From: Gnetum montanum
Lineage: Eukaryota; Plantae; Gnetophyta
Direction of reading: 5' to 3'
DNA: 64,000 nt
NCBI GenBank assembly: GCA_015680685.1
Contig: MNCI01001481.1
Coordinates: 14,395 to 78,394 of the forward strand
Numbering within the stretch: the first letter of the stretch is position 1; each line of letters opens with the position of its first letter. Shown in pieces: positions 12,276-24,554 of this stretch. The notes under the pieces are model-generated. The model searched no databases, was not told where the DNA came from, and saw only the letters and a program-made list of their open reading frames with translations. The translations under genes and the position numbers were made by a program.

Positions 12276-15200
12276 GGTAATGATCCCTTTTATAGATGCA
12301 CAAATCTTGCTAGATTTTGTAGGTAGTTATCATTAGCTTGGATGAGCCATTACACAAGAAACACAATATTGTGCTTGATTCATGTAATCATATCGATGAT
12401 ACTTAGCATAAGTTATCTTTAATTTGATTTATTTTTTATTCAATTATGTCAATTAATGTTTAATTCATGTAATTTTATGTGGTTCATAGATTTAATGGTT
12501 ATTACCCTAGATAACTTAGAACCTATAGTTTGTACGTAATCTCTAGTAGATATGATATTAGAAACTTATAATGACATATGATTCCTCCTAGATATATGGG
12601 TTTAAATTTTAAAATATAGAACTTTAAATATATTGTGTGATTGGCCATTAGGAAAATCACAAAATTACAATTGTTAATGCTTGATATTATCTAAATTATT
12701 GATTGAAGCCCTTTTTTCTATATAAATCCTCCACCCTAATCTAACCCTTAGAAATTTTTTCAAAACACTAAAAGGAAACATTCTAGTAGAACAATGAGAG
12801 AAGAAGCCATCATAATAGCATAGCAATGATAGCTCATAAATATGTAGGTAGCTTAGTATAGCAAATGCTTTTAACTATTTGTAATTTTTATCATCTTTTT
12901 TTATAATTTGATTTGATTATAGGTTTTTCATAAGTCAGGATTTCAAGAAAGTCCTAGCAAGAGTTTCTGATAAGGTTTTAAAGGTAGAAATTTTTACTAC
13001 AATCCTTCTTATGTATTCAGTACAATATTATGATTTGTATATAATCAGTGAAATCAATTTGGAGTTTTGTAAAAAAAAATTCATAATGAATCTTTCATAT
13101 TTCTAATAATGTGCATTTTTTTATTATTATCTTTGTTTCAATAGCATAGGCTTTGTTATAGTGTACTCCTAAGTTAAGGTAGACTCATTAGTTTCTTAAC
13201 TTAATCTATCAACAACTATAAATGGTCATTATGGTTTAGTAAAGAGTTGTAACTCCTTACCAAGGATAAAACAAACACAAGTTCTCACTTCGTAATGTGT
13301 GGACCAAAATGGAATAAGAAACAAGCAAAAGGAATTTAAGGAATTATGAATGATAGATATATTAGAAGCAATCAGAAATAATAAGTATAACAACATAGAG
13401 GCCATCACAATCTATAGATTAGTAATAACAATTGAAGAAACCAAAAGGTTAGCAAGTGATTCATAAGTAAAAGGAGTGATAAATGATCTAGTTTCCTAAT
13501 GAGGATAAGAAGATCCAAGATGAGTAATTTGTAATATGATATAGCTCCTACAGAGGAAGTAAAGTCCATCCAGAAGTTACAATGAAGTAAAGAGAATGAT
13601 TACAATGAGGGATAGGCTAAAATTGAGGTAGTAGTTCATAATAGGATGAGCTATGGATTATTGAAGAAGTTCATGAAGGCCCAACCCACATAAGACTCAC
13701 CAATTAAAAAAATTCCTAAAATACCTATCATGAGTAACAGGCAAAGACAGGCATAGTAAGGATGTAGCTAAGAAGAAGAATATGTTATGAAGAAGAGATT
13801 TGTAATGAGTTAGACAAGTATAAAGAAGTAAAGATAGTAAACCAAGTCCAAGTACAAGAGTTCATAATAGATAGAGTTATGAACTAAAATTATTAAGTAT
13901 ATTATATCTTACAATGGAGAAGTAAATACACACCAAGAAAAGATGCACCACTTGGAGATAGCAACATTACCGAAACATGGGAAGTTCTTAGCAAGGCAAG
14001 ACTTGGAGATACAACATGTTCAAGGATGTTAATATGACTTACCAAAATAAGGAACGAGTATCAAGTGATGGAATTAGTATAACATAACTTTTTCATCATA
14101 AGAGAATTCATAAGTAGCCAAATCAAGAAGACTTATGATATTCAAAACTGTCAAGAATACAAGGAGTAGTAACCATTATGAAGAGAGCTATGATCTTCTA
14201 TTTGCATGATATTGATAATACTATTAGCTGTAAAGGTGGATCTCCTTGTAAAAGATCTTAAGGCACCAACATTGTATTACGAACATAATGAAATGTCAAC
14301 ACATATAAAAAAATCTCATAGACTTACTTTTATATTATTTGTCTGATCAACTTAGAGTTAGATACCATGGGCTATAGTAAGGTCATATTCATTTTGAATT
14401 TCTAATGTTGAAACTAATTACAAATGGCTAGTATGAAGTTAAGTTAATTATGTATTTGTTTTGATGTATCTAGCTAACTATTTGATATGCCTAATTGATG
14501 ATGTGATGTGATTAAGTAGATCTAGCATTTAAAAAGCAACATATTGATGTATGGGTAACCTTGAAGTCAAGTTATTACCTCCTATGATTGTAGTGAATGT
14601 GGCTTTCATCTCAAGCCCCATCTTGAGAGAAGAAAACATTAGATCAATGATCAGATCTGCAATATTTGGTAACTTTATAAGTTCAAGGTTTGTAACAATG
14701 TGGATCTATAGAGCCAAAAATTATAATAAAATATAAATTAAGGCATATAGGCCTTCAATTATAGTGATGAATATTCATTATAACAATTTCATATACTATA
14801 CTAATTGAGGATGCTAGTCTCTAGTTGTGTGTCTTAATTATATTTATCAATTGGGTTACAATGATGGTGGGATGAGTGAGATGATTATGATTACAATTAT
14901 TGTCATTGTGATACTAACATTATTTGTGCAAAATGTGTATACTTGTATTGTGGCTATCAATTCTATGGCTCTATGTGCAAGTTGAATAGGAGGTGTTTAT
15001 AATTTACTTTCCACATAGTCACAATGAACTAAATTTTCTTATTTTATAAGTAGAGTTAGAGGATTATGAACTTATTAAGATTTAAAACATAGGAATTAGT
15101 GCCTAAGCTAAGCTATAAGCTAGTGCCACTGGTTTATTATATAATGCTATTATACTAAGATTTTGTACCCAATGGTTGGTACTTGATGTATCAATGTGTT

Positions 15201-16968
15201 ATTTTCTTTTTGTAATTCTATATCTTTGGTACAAGTAGTTAGTTATCTTATACTATTTATTTTCTATTCAATACATATCCTTTTGTTAGATAGTTGTTTT
15301 AGCTATGAGTGATTTATGGCAATGATGATGTACAAGTAGTTGGTTAGCATACATATTATTTTGATAAACTGAAATCAATTTGGCATTGTGATTTTGATTA
15401 CATGTGATGACATTCATTTTGCATTTATAGCTACTTAAAAAGTTTCATACATACATATTTGATATTGAAATATCTCTTTTGGATTAACATAATTTTTCAT
15501 GAGTCCTAAGATGTGATTATTTATGTATCATGGGGCTACTACTACTATCATTGTCATTGCTTTATTTTATTATTTAAATATTTTCTATTCCATTGGCTAT
15601 TGGATATTATACTTTTAGAATTTATACACAACATAAACTATGATAGTAAATAGATTAATATTTTAATAATTTCAAGGAACCATTATTGTACTACTTTTCC
15701 ACCTCTCAAGTATTGATTTTAGGCCAAGGGATCACTATCACTACATTGTCCTCTTAAATATTTTCATTCATTAGTCATTGTAGAATTATCTTAAAGATGT
15801 TTACTATCCTATCCTTTGCAAATTTTTATGGTGTTCTTTGATTTCCCATATGCATTATGTTTATTGGTGTAGGGACACCTCTTCTGATCCCCTTATTCTA
15901 CCCTACATGGTATGTGTCTTTTTGTATTGATTTTGTGAAGGATGTTTTTTGGATGTTTTGGCATGTTTCAGGGTGTTTTGGGCTTATTTTGATGAGTTTA
16001 GGAGGTTCCATGATCTATGGGAACTTGTTGGGAGGCATCTGAAGGCTCTCAGCATCAAAAGAAGCATTTTTATTTGTAGCACCTTCAAGATAGAAGTCTT
16101 TCCTAAAGTGAAGATGTCTCCAGTCCATAGAAGACATCTCCCAAAAATAGTAGACGTCTCTCTCGTAAGCAAGCCTTTCACAGTAGACATCCAACAAATC
16201 CAAAGATGACCCAGACGCATGGGGAAACTTCTAAAAACGATGTTCCAATTCAGGAAGCGGTCAAAGCAAGATAGAAATAGCCAAGAAGAAAGTGAGAAGA
16301 CTTGGAAAATAACTAGAGAACCTCAAGTTAAGTTGAGGAAAGGTTTCTAGGGTTTTTACCTTCCTATTGCTTATAAATATTAATGTAATTCATTATTATT
16401 GATGACAAAGTGCCAAGTGCCATAGTGTTAAGGGCCAAAGTGCAAATGATGAAGGCCACATATACCAACAAAGGGCAAGAGAGAGAGCTCTTGATGGAAG
16501 AGAGCTTGTGCAAGGAAGTTGAGTGAAAGGCAAGGGAGAGCACTTAAGAGAGGTTAGGAGAATCTCTTATAAGTGTCTTGTCTTGAGCTTCGGCTCCATT
16601 GTGAGCAATTGAGGATTAAGAGAGGACAAGTGTGGGCCTCTAAGATCCTTAGGAGGGTTGTGAGTTGAGCTTGGCTACTCATCTTTGATGTATTTTCTAT
16701 GTATTTGAGAATTTTCTTAATAAAAGGGAATTTTTATATATTTCATTTTGTTGTTCTTACTTTCTAAGTTAGATCTACTTGGAAGTTGTGGATTGGATCC
16801 TACTAGGGCATTTTGAGGTGCAACCCCTTGCACCAGATTGGTATCAAAGTGAAGGCTTGGAGGTTTCCACACTTCTATGTTGAAGCTTGGTGTTTTCTTT
16901 GAATGAAAGGAACATTGTTGTGGATATTTTTGTATTTGATTTTGGATATCATTCTTTTTGCTTTAGGT

Positions 16969-18467
16969 ATGGCTCCAAGAAAGAAGACATATCAAGAGCT
17001 TAGACAAGAGCTTCAAGAGCTTAAGGACTCCTTTAATTCTTTTGTGGCTAAAATGCAAGAATTTCTTTCCAAAGTAAAGGTCCACAAGCACCAAGATTTT
17101 GTAGAAACTTTAGAAAAGGATATGGAGAATTTCAAGATTAACATGGGAAATATTTTAATGAGAATTGATAGAATATCTTCTAGAAAGGAAGATGAAGGAT
17201 CTAATGAAGTAAAGATCAATGAGAAAAGGTTCTCAAGTATCTCTTATTGAGCAAGGAAGTTTTCGATACTCAAGGGTTTCAAGGGAAGGAACCAAGAGCT
17301 TCATCAATGGGACCAAGAGATCTTCAAAGTCCAAGATGGTATATGCCACTGATCAAGGAGTGTTCCTACCTCATGAGTCATGGGAGGTGAAGGATCAAAG
17401 GCAAGAGAGTGGCAAAGATCAAGGGACTTATTCAGGGAGGATCAATGGAAACACTAGAAGGTATGATACTCATTCTTTTTGTAATTGTTCTACACCTTGT
17501 AGCAAGGGAAAGGAGATTCTTAAGTCAAGTGAGACTATCTCATGGGAGAGATGTGAGTTGTCTAGCCAAGGTATGTAGAAGAATGATTACTTTGATGATG
17601 TTTTTGATGCATCTGATGTTAAAAACTTACTTTGATGATGTTTTTGATGCATCTGATGTTTAAAAACTATGGAGGAGAGTTTACCTTTTGATTTAGTACC
17701 TCCAAAGTGGGATGAAGAGCTTGTTGATGATTCCTTTAAAGAGGAGAAACCATTAGGCTCGGAACTCCTATTTGGAAACTTGAACCTTCAAGCTTTGATG
17801 AGATTGGGTAGCCACATGTTGAAGATCAAGTTGAACCAAAGATTGATGAAAGAAGCCATGAAGAGGCAAGTAAAAGCTTGACCTTGTTGATGGTAGTAAT
17901 GTCTCTCATGTTGAAGCTAGTTTGATGGATGCTAGTTTTTCACTTTAGCTTGGTAGTGGTTTGTTCAATGGTAATGATGAGCATCATGATCATTGTGGTG
18001 ATTGTGATGAGATTGAGAGTCATGTTGTGACTTTTGATGCCATTTTTAGTAAGATAAAGACTAATAATGGTAAATTTCTTGATGATGATGGCTATTGGGA
18101 TAGTCATTGTGAGAAGGTCATTATTGATGTGAGTGAAGACATTGATAATGATACGATTTTCCAAAATTTGGAGATGCTTGCTATTGATTATAGCAATGAT
18201 AAATTTGTGAAGTGTGATGATGGATTTGATTGTCTTGGCTATAAAATGGAATTGCAGCATGAAGGCAATCTACATAGTGGTAATGAAAGGAAGATAAGTA
18301 GTAGTTTTCCAAACACCAAGAAGAAGAAGGTAAAGAAGAGGAAAAAGAAGCAAACAAAGGATGTTGGATTAAGAAAGCCTAATCATTTTTCTTTTTCTTT
18401 TCCTTTATTTGTTGCAAGTTTGGGTCATCATGGGGATGCAAGGGAAGCATTCCAAGGAGATGATTAG
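16969..18467 (+). pseudogene. Frameshifted internal ORF of the 3.7-kb element (coiled-coil N-terminus, acidic middle, Lys-rich C-terminus)
   Basis: ORF fragments MAPRKKTYQELRQELQEL.., PPKWDEE, KKKKVKKRKKKQ; similar start MVSKKKNVQALNQ follows the PBS at ~63367. Confidence 0.55.
17587..17668. repeat. 40-bp tandem duplication
   Basis: TTACTTTGATGATGTTTTTGATGCATCTGATGTT.. at 17587 and 17627. Confidence 0.9.
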
Positions 18468-21400
18468 ATGAAGGAAGCATGGTGAGGCATGAGGACAAGC
18501 TCCCATGAGCAAGGAAAGCTAAAAACCAAAACCTCCAATGATATTTATTCTCATGTTTGTAATGCATTGAGTCATGATTGTTGTGATGGCCTTGAGTCAT
18601 GGGGGCATGGTGCCTTCCAGCTTGTGAAAGGTCATGAAGCATGACATTTCTAAAGGTGGGAGAGTTGGTGTAGGGACACCTCTTCTAATCCCCTTGTTCT
18701 ACCCTACATGGTGTGTGTCTTTTTGTATTGATTTTGTTGAGGATGTTTTGGCATGTTTCGAGGTGTTTTGGGCTCATTAGTGTAGGAGGTTCTAGGGTCT
18801 ATGGAGACTTATTGGAAGGCATCTAAAGGCTCTCAACATTAAAAGGAGCATTTTTATTTTTGACACCTTTAGGATAAACATATTTGCAAAAAGAAAGATG
18901 TCTTTCCTAAAGTGAAGACGTCTCCAATAAATAGAAAATGTCTCCCAAAAATAGTAGACATCTCTCCTGAAATCAGGGCTTTCATAGTAGACGTCCCAAC
19001 AAAGCCAGAGATGACCCAAACACATGGGGAAACTTCTAAAAATGCATGTTCCAATTCGGGAAATAGCTAAAGAACCTCAAGTTGAGTTGAGGAAAGGTTT
19101 CTAGGGGTTTTACCTTCCAATTGATTATAAATATTGGTGTAATTCATTATTGTTGGTGCTGAAGTGCCAAGGGCCGAAGTGCAAATGCTGAAGGCCAAAC
19201 ATCCCAACAAAGGGCAAGAGAGAGAGCTCTTGAGGGAAGAGAGATTGTGCAAGGAAGTTGAGTGAAAGGCAAGGGAGAGCACTTAAGAGAGGTTAGGAGA
19301 ATCTCTTATAAGCGTCTTGTCTTGAGCTTGGGCTCCATTGTGAGCAATTGAGGATTAGTAGAGGATAAGTGCAGCCTCTAAGATCCTTGGAAGAGTTGTG
19401 AGTTGAGCTTGGCTCCTCATCTTTGATGTATTTTCTATGTGTTTGAGAATTTTCTTAATAAAAGGAAATTTTTATATATTTCATTGTATTGTTCTTATGT
19501 TCTAAGCCAAATTTGCTTGGAAGTTGTGGATTGGGTCCTATTGGAGTATTTTAAGGTGCAACCCCCTGCACCATTTATGCCCTAGTAGCTTGGGATAGGG
19601 TAGAAGGTGTTATATCTTTAAAAAACTTAATACATCTTTTTTAACTTAAAAGATTCAAATATATTATGTCCTAACTTATGTTAGTAAAGTCATTCTACCT
19701 TAGCAGTTACTATTAAGCCCTTTATTTTTTTTCCCTTCTTCATATATTTAATTTTTCTTTTATTCCTTGAAAAACAAGTAGGAGTTATAGCATGGTCATA
19801 GTCTAGATTACAATTGAGGCATGACTTGTAGTAAAAGGATTGTGAAGAAATTGTCAATACCACAAATTGTGACAAGTTGATAGTTAAGAGCAAAGAAGCT
19901 ACCACAACTTGTGATTAGCTCAAGGTATAAATTTTAAGCTAATTAAACCACCATAACTCATAGTTCAATAGTGGCCAGCTAGCGGTCATTTTGAAACTTT
20001 CTTGAAATAAACAACAACTCACAACCTAGTAGTTGTCAACTTGCATTACACTCTAGGATTTTCTTTAATCAAATCATTACTCATAGTTAGGTTGTGGTTT
20101 GTAGGAAAAGCTAAACTATGATGTGCAATCACATCATAATGGTTTTCGCATCAATTTTGATGAAAGAAACATACATCTAATGCTATAAATAACTATGCAA
20201 TCTAGTAAAGAAAGGATCCTTGATGGAGAAAATGTCAAGAAATGATTAAATAATGAAAAATTAAAGATTGATTAATAAAATGATTATATTTTTTATTATA
20301 TTATTGATAATAGAATAGACATTAAAGTTGATGATTTAATAATATAGATTTAGCATTGTGTTTTAACAATATATAGTTGTTGTTAGTTCTTATATTAGAT
20401 TACTTCTTATGATTAGATTTTATATTAAATTAGTGATACAATATATGTTAGGGACTTTTTAAATAATGATATGTTTCTCTAAATCTCAAACTTGACTAAG
20501 TGTTTTGAATCCTTGGGTTATCTATGCAAATACTTCCACTACAACATGATAGAGATATAGTTACACCACCAACTACCATTACAGTAAATAACTATGAGCA
20601 TGGAAACTACCTATGCTAATTATGTAACCATGGATGAGAAGCCTCATTATTTCTACTTATACATTGATGAGTGGCTTAACTATTTTGCAAGAAGATAGGA
20701 GTACCTTGCCTACAAGTTGAAGGCAACTTATTGAATGATGTTTTAACAACTCTGAGTTATTTACCAAACCTTAGCTGAGAAGGAGGAGGAGGAGGTTGGT
20801 CCTTCCTTTGCTCCATTGGCAACTCTAGCACATATGGATGATGATGATGAGGCAGGCCCTTACGAAGTAAAGGAGGATAAGGAGATCATGCCTAAAGATG
20901 AGGCTAGGACATGTCCAAGACAATTGGAAATTCACCATAAATTATTTATAATGCCTTTATTTCATATAAAACCTACCACTTTCTTACTAGAGATTTCAAC
21001 ACCAATAATAACCATGTTTATTAAGGGAAGTAAGGTATAGTTTTCAATTTAGGTATCCTCATTAACCAACTTCAATATAAGCTATAGAGGTAACATCCTA
21101 GTTGAAGGATTTCAAGTGAGTTGATCTTATACAATAGTTGACTATGTTGCTTGCTATATTAGTCAATCCACTTCACCCATGGTTACCTTAAATGGGCTCT
21201 TAATCTTGCTCTATCAATATATATGGTTTTGATGGTTCTAAATCAATGGGTTCTAAGTTTTGTGAACTAGTGTATGTATTTCTCAAGAGTTATAATAACA
21301 AATAGCTAGAAAGCAACCAATCCAATTCTAGGACCATAGCCTACAACATTCCTTCCAATTACAAAGGCAAAGATGATGGAGTATCAATTAACCAATCTTG

Positions 21401-22456
21401 ATCTAGAGTTTCATGTATGAAAATAGATAAAAGGATTGATTGAAAACAACGCGGATAGGCCCAAATCTTTTATTACTTCTTGAGTTCTTTCCAATCATAT
21501 CTAGTCACTAGGTTTTACTTCTTAGTCACTAAATCCAACGTACTTAATGAGAAAGGAGAGATTACAAACATTCCTAAGTCAGCTACACTTTCTACATTCC
21601 TGTCACATCATATGCTTATGTACATGTATGCTTTGACAATCCAAGTATCCTTGCTAGGTTGAATGTTCACCTAGTTATGTTAAGATTGCTTGTCCTGATC
21701 TACCTTTACAACACATGCTCCTTAAGGTAATTGACAAATGTCTAATAATGCTTTATTCCTAATATCGAGCTAGCCCCCAATAGTCTTCCCAATATATACA
21801 TATATATTTTTTCTACCATTATGAAAGAAATGTATCCTATTCTTTCAAGCTCAAGACCTATTTTCCAATCAGAATATCCTTTCAATGTTTCAAGTATCCA
21901 TCAATGTTGTCGTGTTGTCACAATAGGGGCCAATAGTTGGTTGATCATTCCAAGCTTTCACATTGATAGTCAATCAACAAATAGCATCTCACAAATAGAA
22001 AAAATGGAGTGCAACACTACCCACTATAACCAGCAAAAGTGTATCTCGTATATTTACAAATAATGGTAAGGAGGATGGTAGCATACTTTTCTTTTTTGGT
22101 TAAATTAGCTTAGATGCATTGCCTACATATTCTTTTGCATATGCGAAACACCATCCCAATCGTCAGATGTCCTACTATGTGGAAACCTTTATCTTTTTTG
22201 TTGTGCTAAGGGCAACCTTCTATTTTGCAATGCAAATCTAGTTCTTTCTATTCTAGCAGAGAAAATCCCTTGCTTGTACGACACATGTCCAATTAGTATC
22301 CTATATAGTATGCTGTAGGGATTGGGTCTCTTTGATTACCACCTTTCATCAATAACCAAACCTTGAAAAGTATATACAAGATTGTATAACATAACCTAGA
22401 CAATTTTCAAGTATGGTTTAAAGTTCTTATGTGTGCTGACACCTTCCTAGTATGAC

Positions 22457-22644
22457 ATAGGTTCCCAATAATTTAGGAACTCATATTAGCTAGTATTGCT
22501 TTTTGGATGTTGGGCCTAAGGCACCTCCCCTTATATTAAGTACATAAAATATAGGTTCCCAATAATTTAGGGACTCATATTAGCTAGTATTGCTTTTTGG
22601 ATGTTGGGCCTAAGGCACCTCCCCTTATATTAAGTACATAAAAT
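22457..22644. repeat. 94-bp tandem duplication
   Basis: ATAGGTTCCCAATAATTTAGG..GTACATAAAAT at 22457 and 22551, one visible mismatch. Confidence 0.95.
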
Positions 22645-24554
22645 GAAAGTATTGCCAACCAACCATCAAGGCACCTTCCCCTATACAATAAGTAGAATGA
22701 TGAAGATGATTAATTTTCTTTGCCCACAATAGGCTATTATAGTTTTTGAAATGCCTCCAAAGATTATTGATCTTAGTAAATCAAATGATGAGAATAATGT
22801 ACAAGGAATTGAGCCCACAAGGTAGGTACTTCATGCACTAAAAGAAAGGCTTTAGACTTAGAGACAGAGTCCAAAGCAAAGCACCTCTTCTGAAAAAAAA
22901 AAAAAAAGCCACATATTAATCCATAGTTCCTATTTCCTATTTCTTCAATAATGACTTCATAATGATTTGCTATCATTAAGTTGTAATGTTTTAAAGATTT
23001 TCTCATTTGTTTCGTTGTTTTTCTTGTGTTATGAGCCAACCCTTCTTAGTTGACAAACTTAATTTTCCCAGAATAGTACAACAATTGTGAAATACAATTA
23101 ATCATCTCCCTCTTTACCATTGTGAATTTTTCAACGCTACTAGAATTCCGCTCTTCTTAATTTCTTACCTTAAACCTTGAGCATATCTCATTTTAACCTT
23201 TATTTCTTCCCTACAGCTTCAATCTAAAATTGCAAGTCGTGTAGTTGTGGCCTTGCCCTATGTTGTAAGCATTTCTTTTACCTTATAGGTTAACGGCAAG
23301 CCTTCTTCCGATTTTTAAAGAATTTTTAAAGAAAAAGTCAATCCTTTATGGATGATGATAGTATGCCATAAAATTAGAAAAAACTGGAAAATAGGACACA
23401 TCATAATTTCTTGGGGACAAGTATCTATGATTTATCTTCTTGTTTCCAATTTCAAGGACCCTCAAATTTTAAAATCCCACACCAAGTAATCATCACCTTT
23501 GGGAGTAGATAGTCTCATCTAAGACAGTTAATACAAAAATAAACCATGAAAAGTCCACAGAAAACTCCTTGACCAAGTAGGAAAGCAGGACCAAAAAAGA
23601 AACATAAAAAATGTGTATCATATTTAGCAGAAACTTCTATTAACCTCTTTTTTATAAAATTTATGTATTGAACCTGATGCCTTTAATATTTTTTATGAAG
23701 AATCTATGAGGTATCATCTACCACAATCATCGTATTCCAACATGGTTGATCTAGAACCAAGTTTGAAAGGATTACCTATATAGCATTCATGAATTCCAAC
23801 CGTTCTAAGATGTTCTGAAATATACCGGACTTATGCAACAAACTTATGCATGGCAGACCCATACTAGCTTCAAATCGTACGTGAATTTTCAAAATTGAAA
23901 TATGTATGCTGAGCTAAATTCTGAAAAGCGACTTCTTATAACCAACCAAGACACCTCCGGCAAATACCACTAAAAACTTATATTTACTTATTTGAGAAAA
24001 ACGGCACCATAGCACCTCCAGCAAACCTTTTATAACAGAAAGATAATGTAATACTTCAACGTGGTAACAAAGCAAAATTGAAAATAAAAAATCCAAGAAA
24101 AGTAAATAAATAAGTCCAATGATCAAAATGCTTTATTGTTAAGTGTGCTATGAATGATTGTCCAGAAAATTCACAGCAAGACCAGAATTAACTTAACTGA
24201 CAATAACTTATTGAATGCCTCTGAAAGTTGCAAGGCTGTCAATTTCATCAAAAGTGCATTTCTAACTCATTGTAATGTGAAACTAAAACTGATATCTCCC
24301 TACAGGATCAGCCCTTGCTGAAAATGCTCATCCCCTTGGACACTTTACAACCACAGTATGGCTTCAGACACAGATGAAGTATTTAGCATCAGGTCGACGT
24401 GAGGAGAGAATAAGTTAACTACTTTGTAATGAATAGAACATGATCCAATGTCCCCAAAATCCATATCCACAAGCAACACACAGAACTACTACTACTAATA
24501 CTACTCTTGCTTATATCTGATGGCCTCAAATAAATTTCCAGTGTATCAACTTGC

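Larger units (their letters stand above)
15865..19573 (+). mobile_element. Complete non-autonomous LTR retrotransposon (iMet PBS; CRM-like termini), 3.7 kb
   Basis: LTRs 15865-16835 and 18666-19573 with TGGTG..CACCA ends; PBS TGGTATCAAAG at 16839; PPT AAAGGTGGGAGAG just before 18666; 5-bp TSD TTTAT at 15860-15864 and 19574-19578; no RT/INT motifs. Confidence 0.95.

Noticed and set aside
12280-15860. Possible old retroelement fragments
   Set aside because: Too decayed; no diagnostic motif recognised
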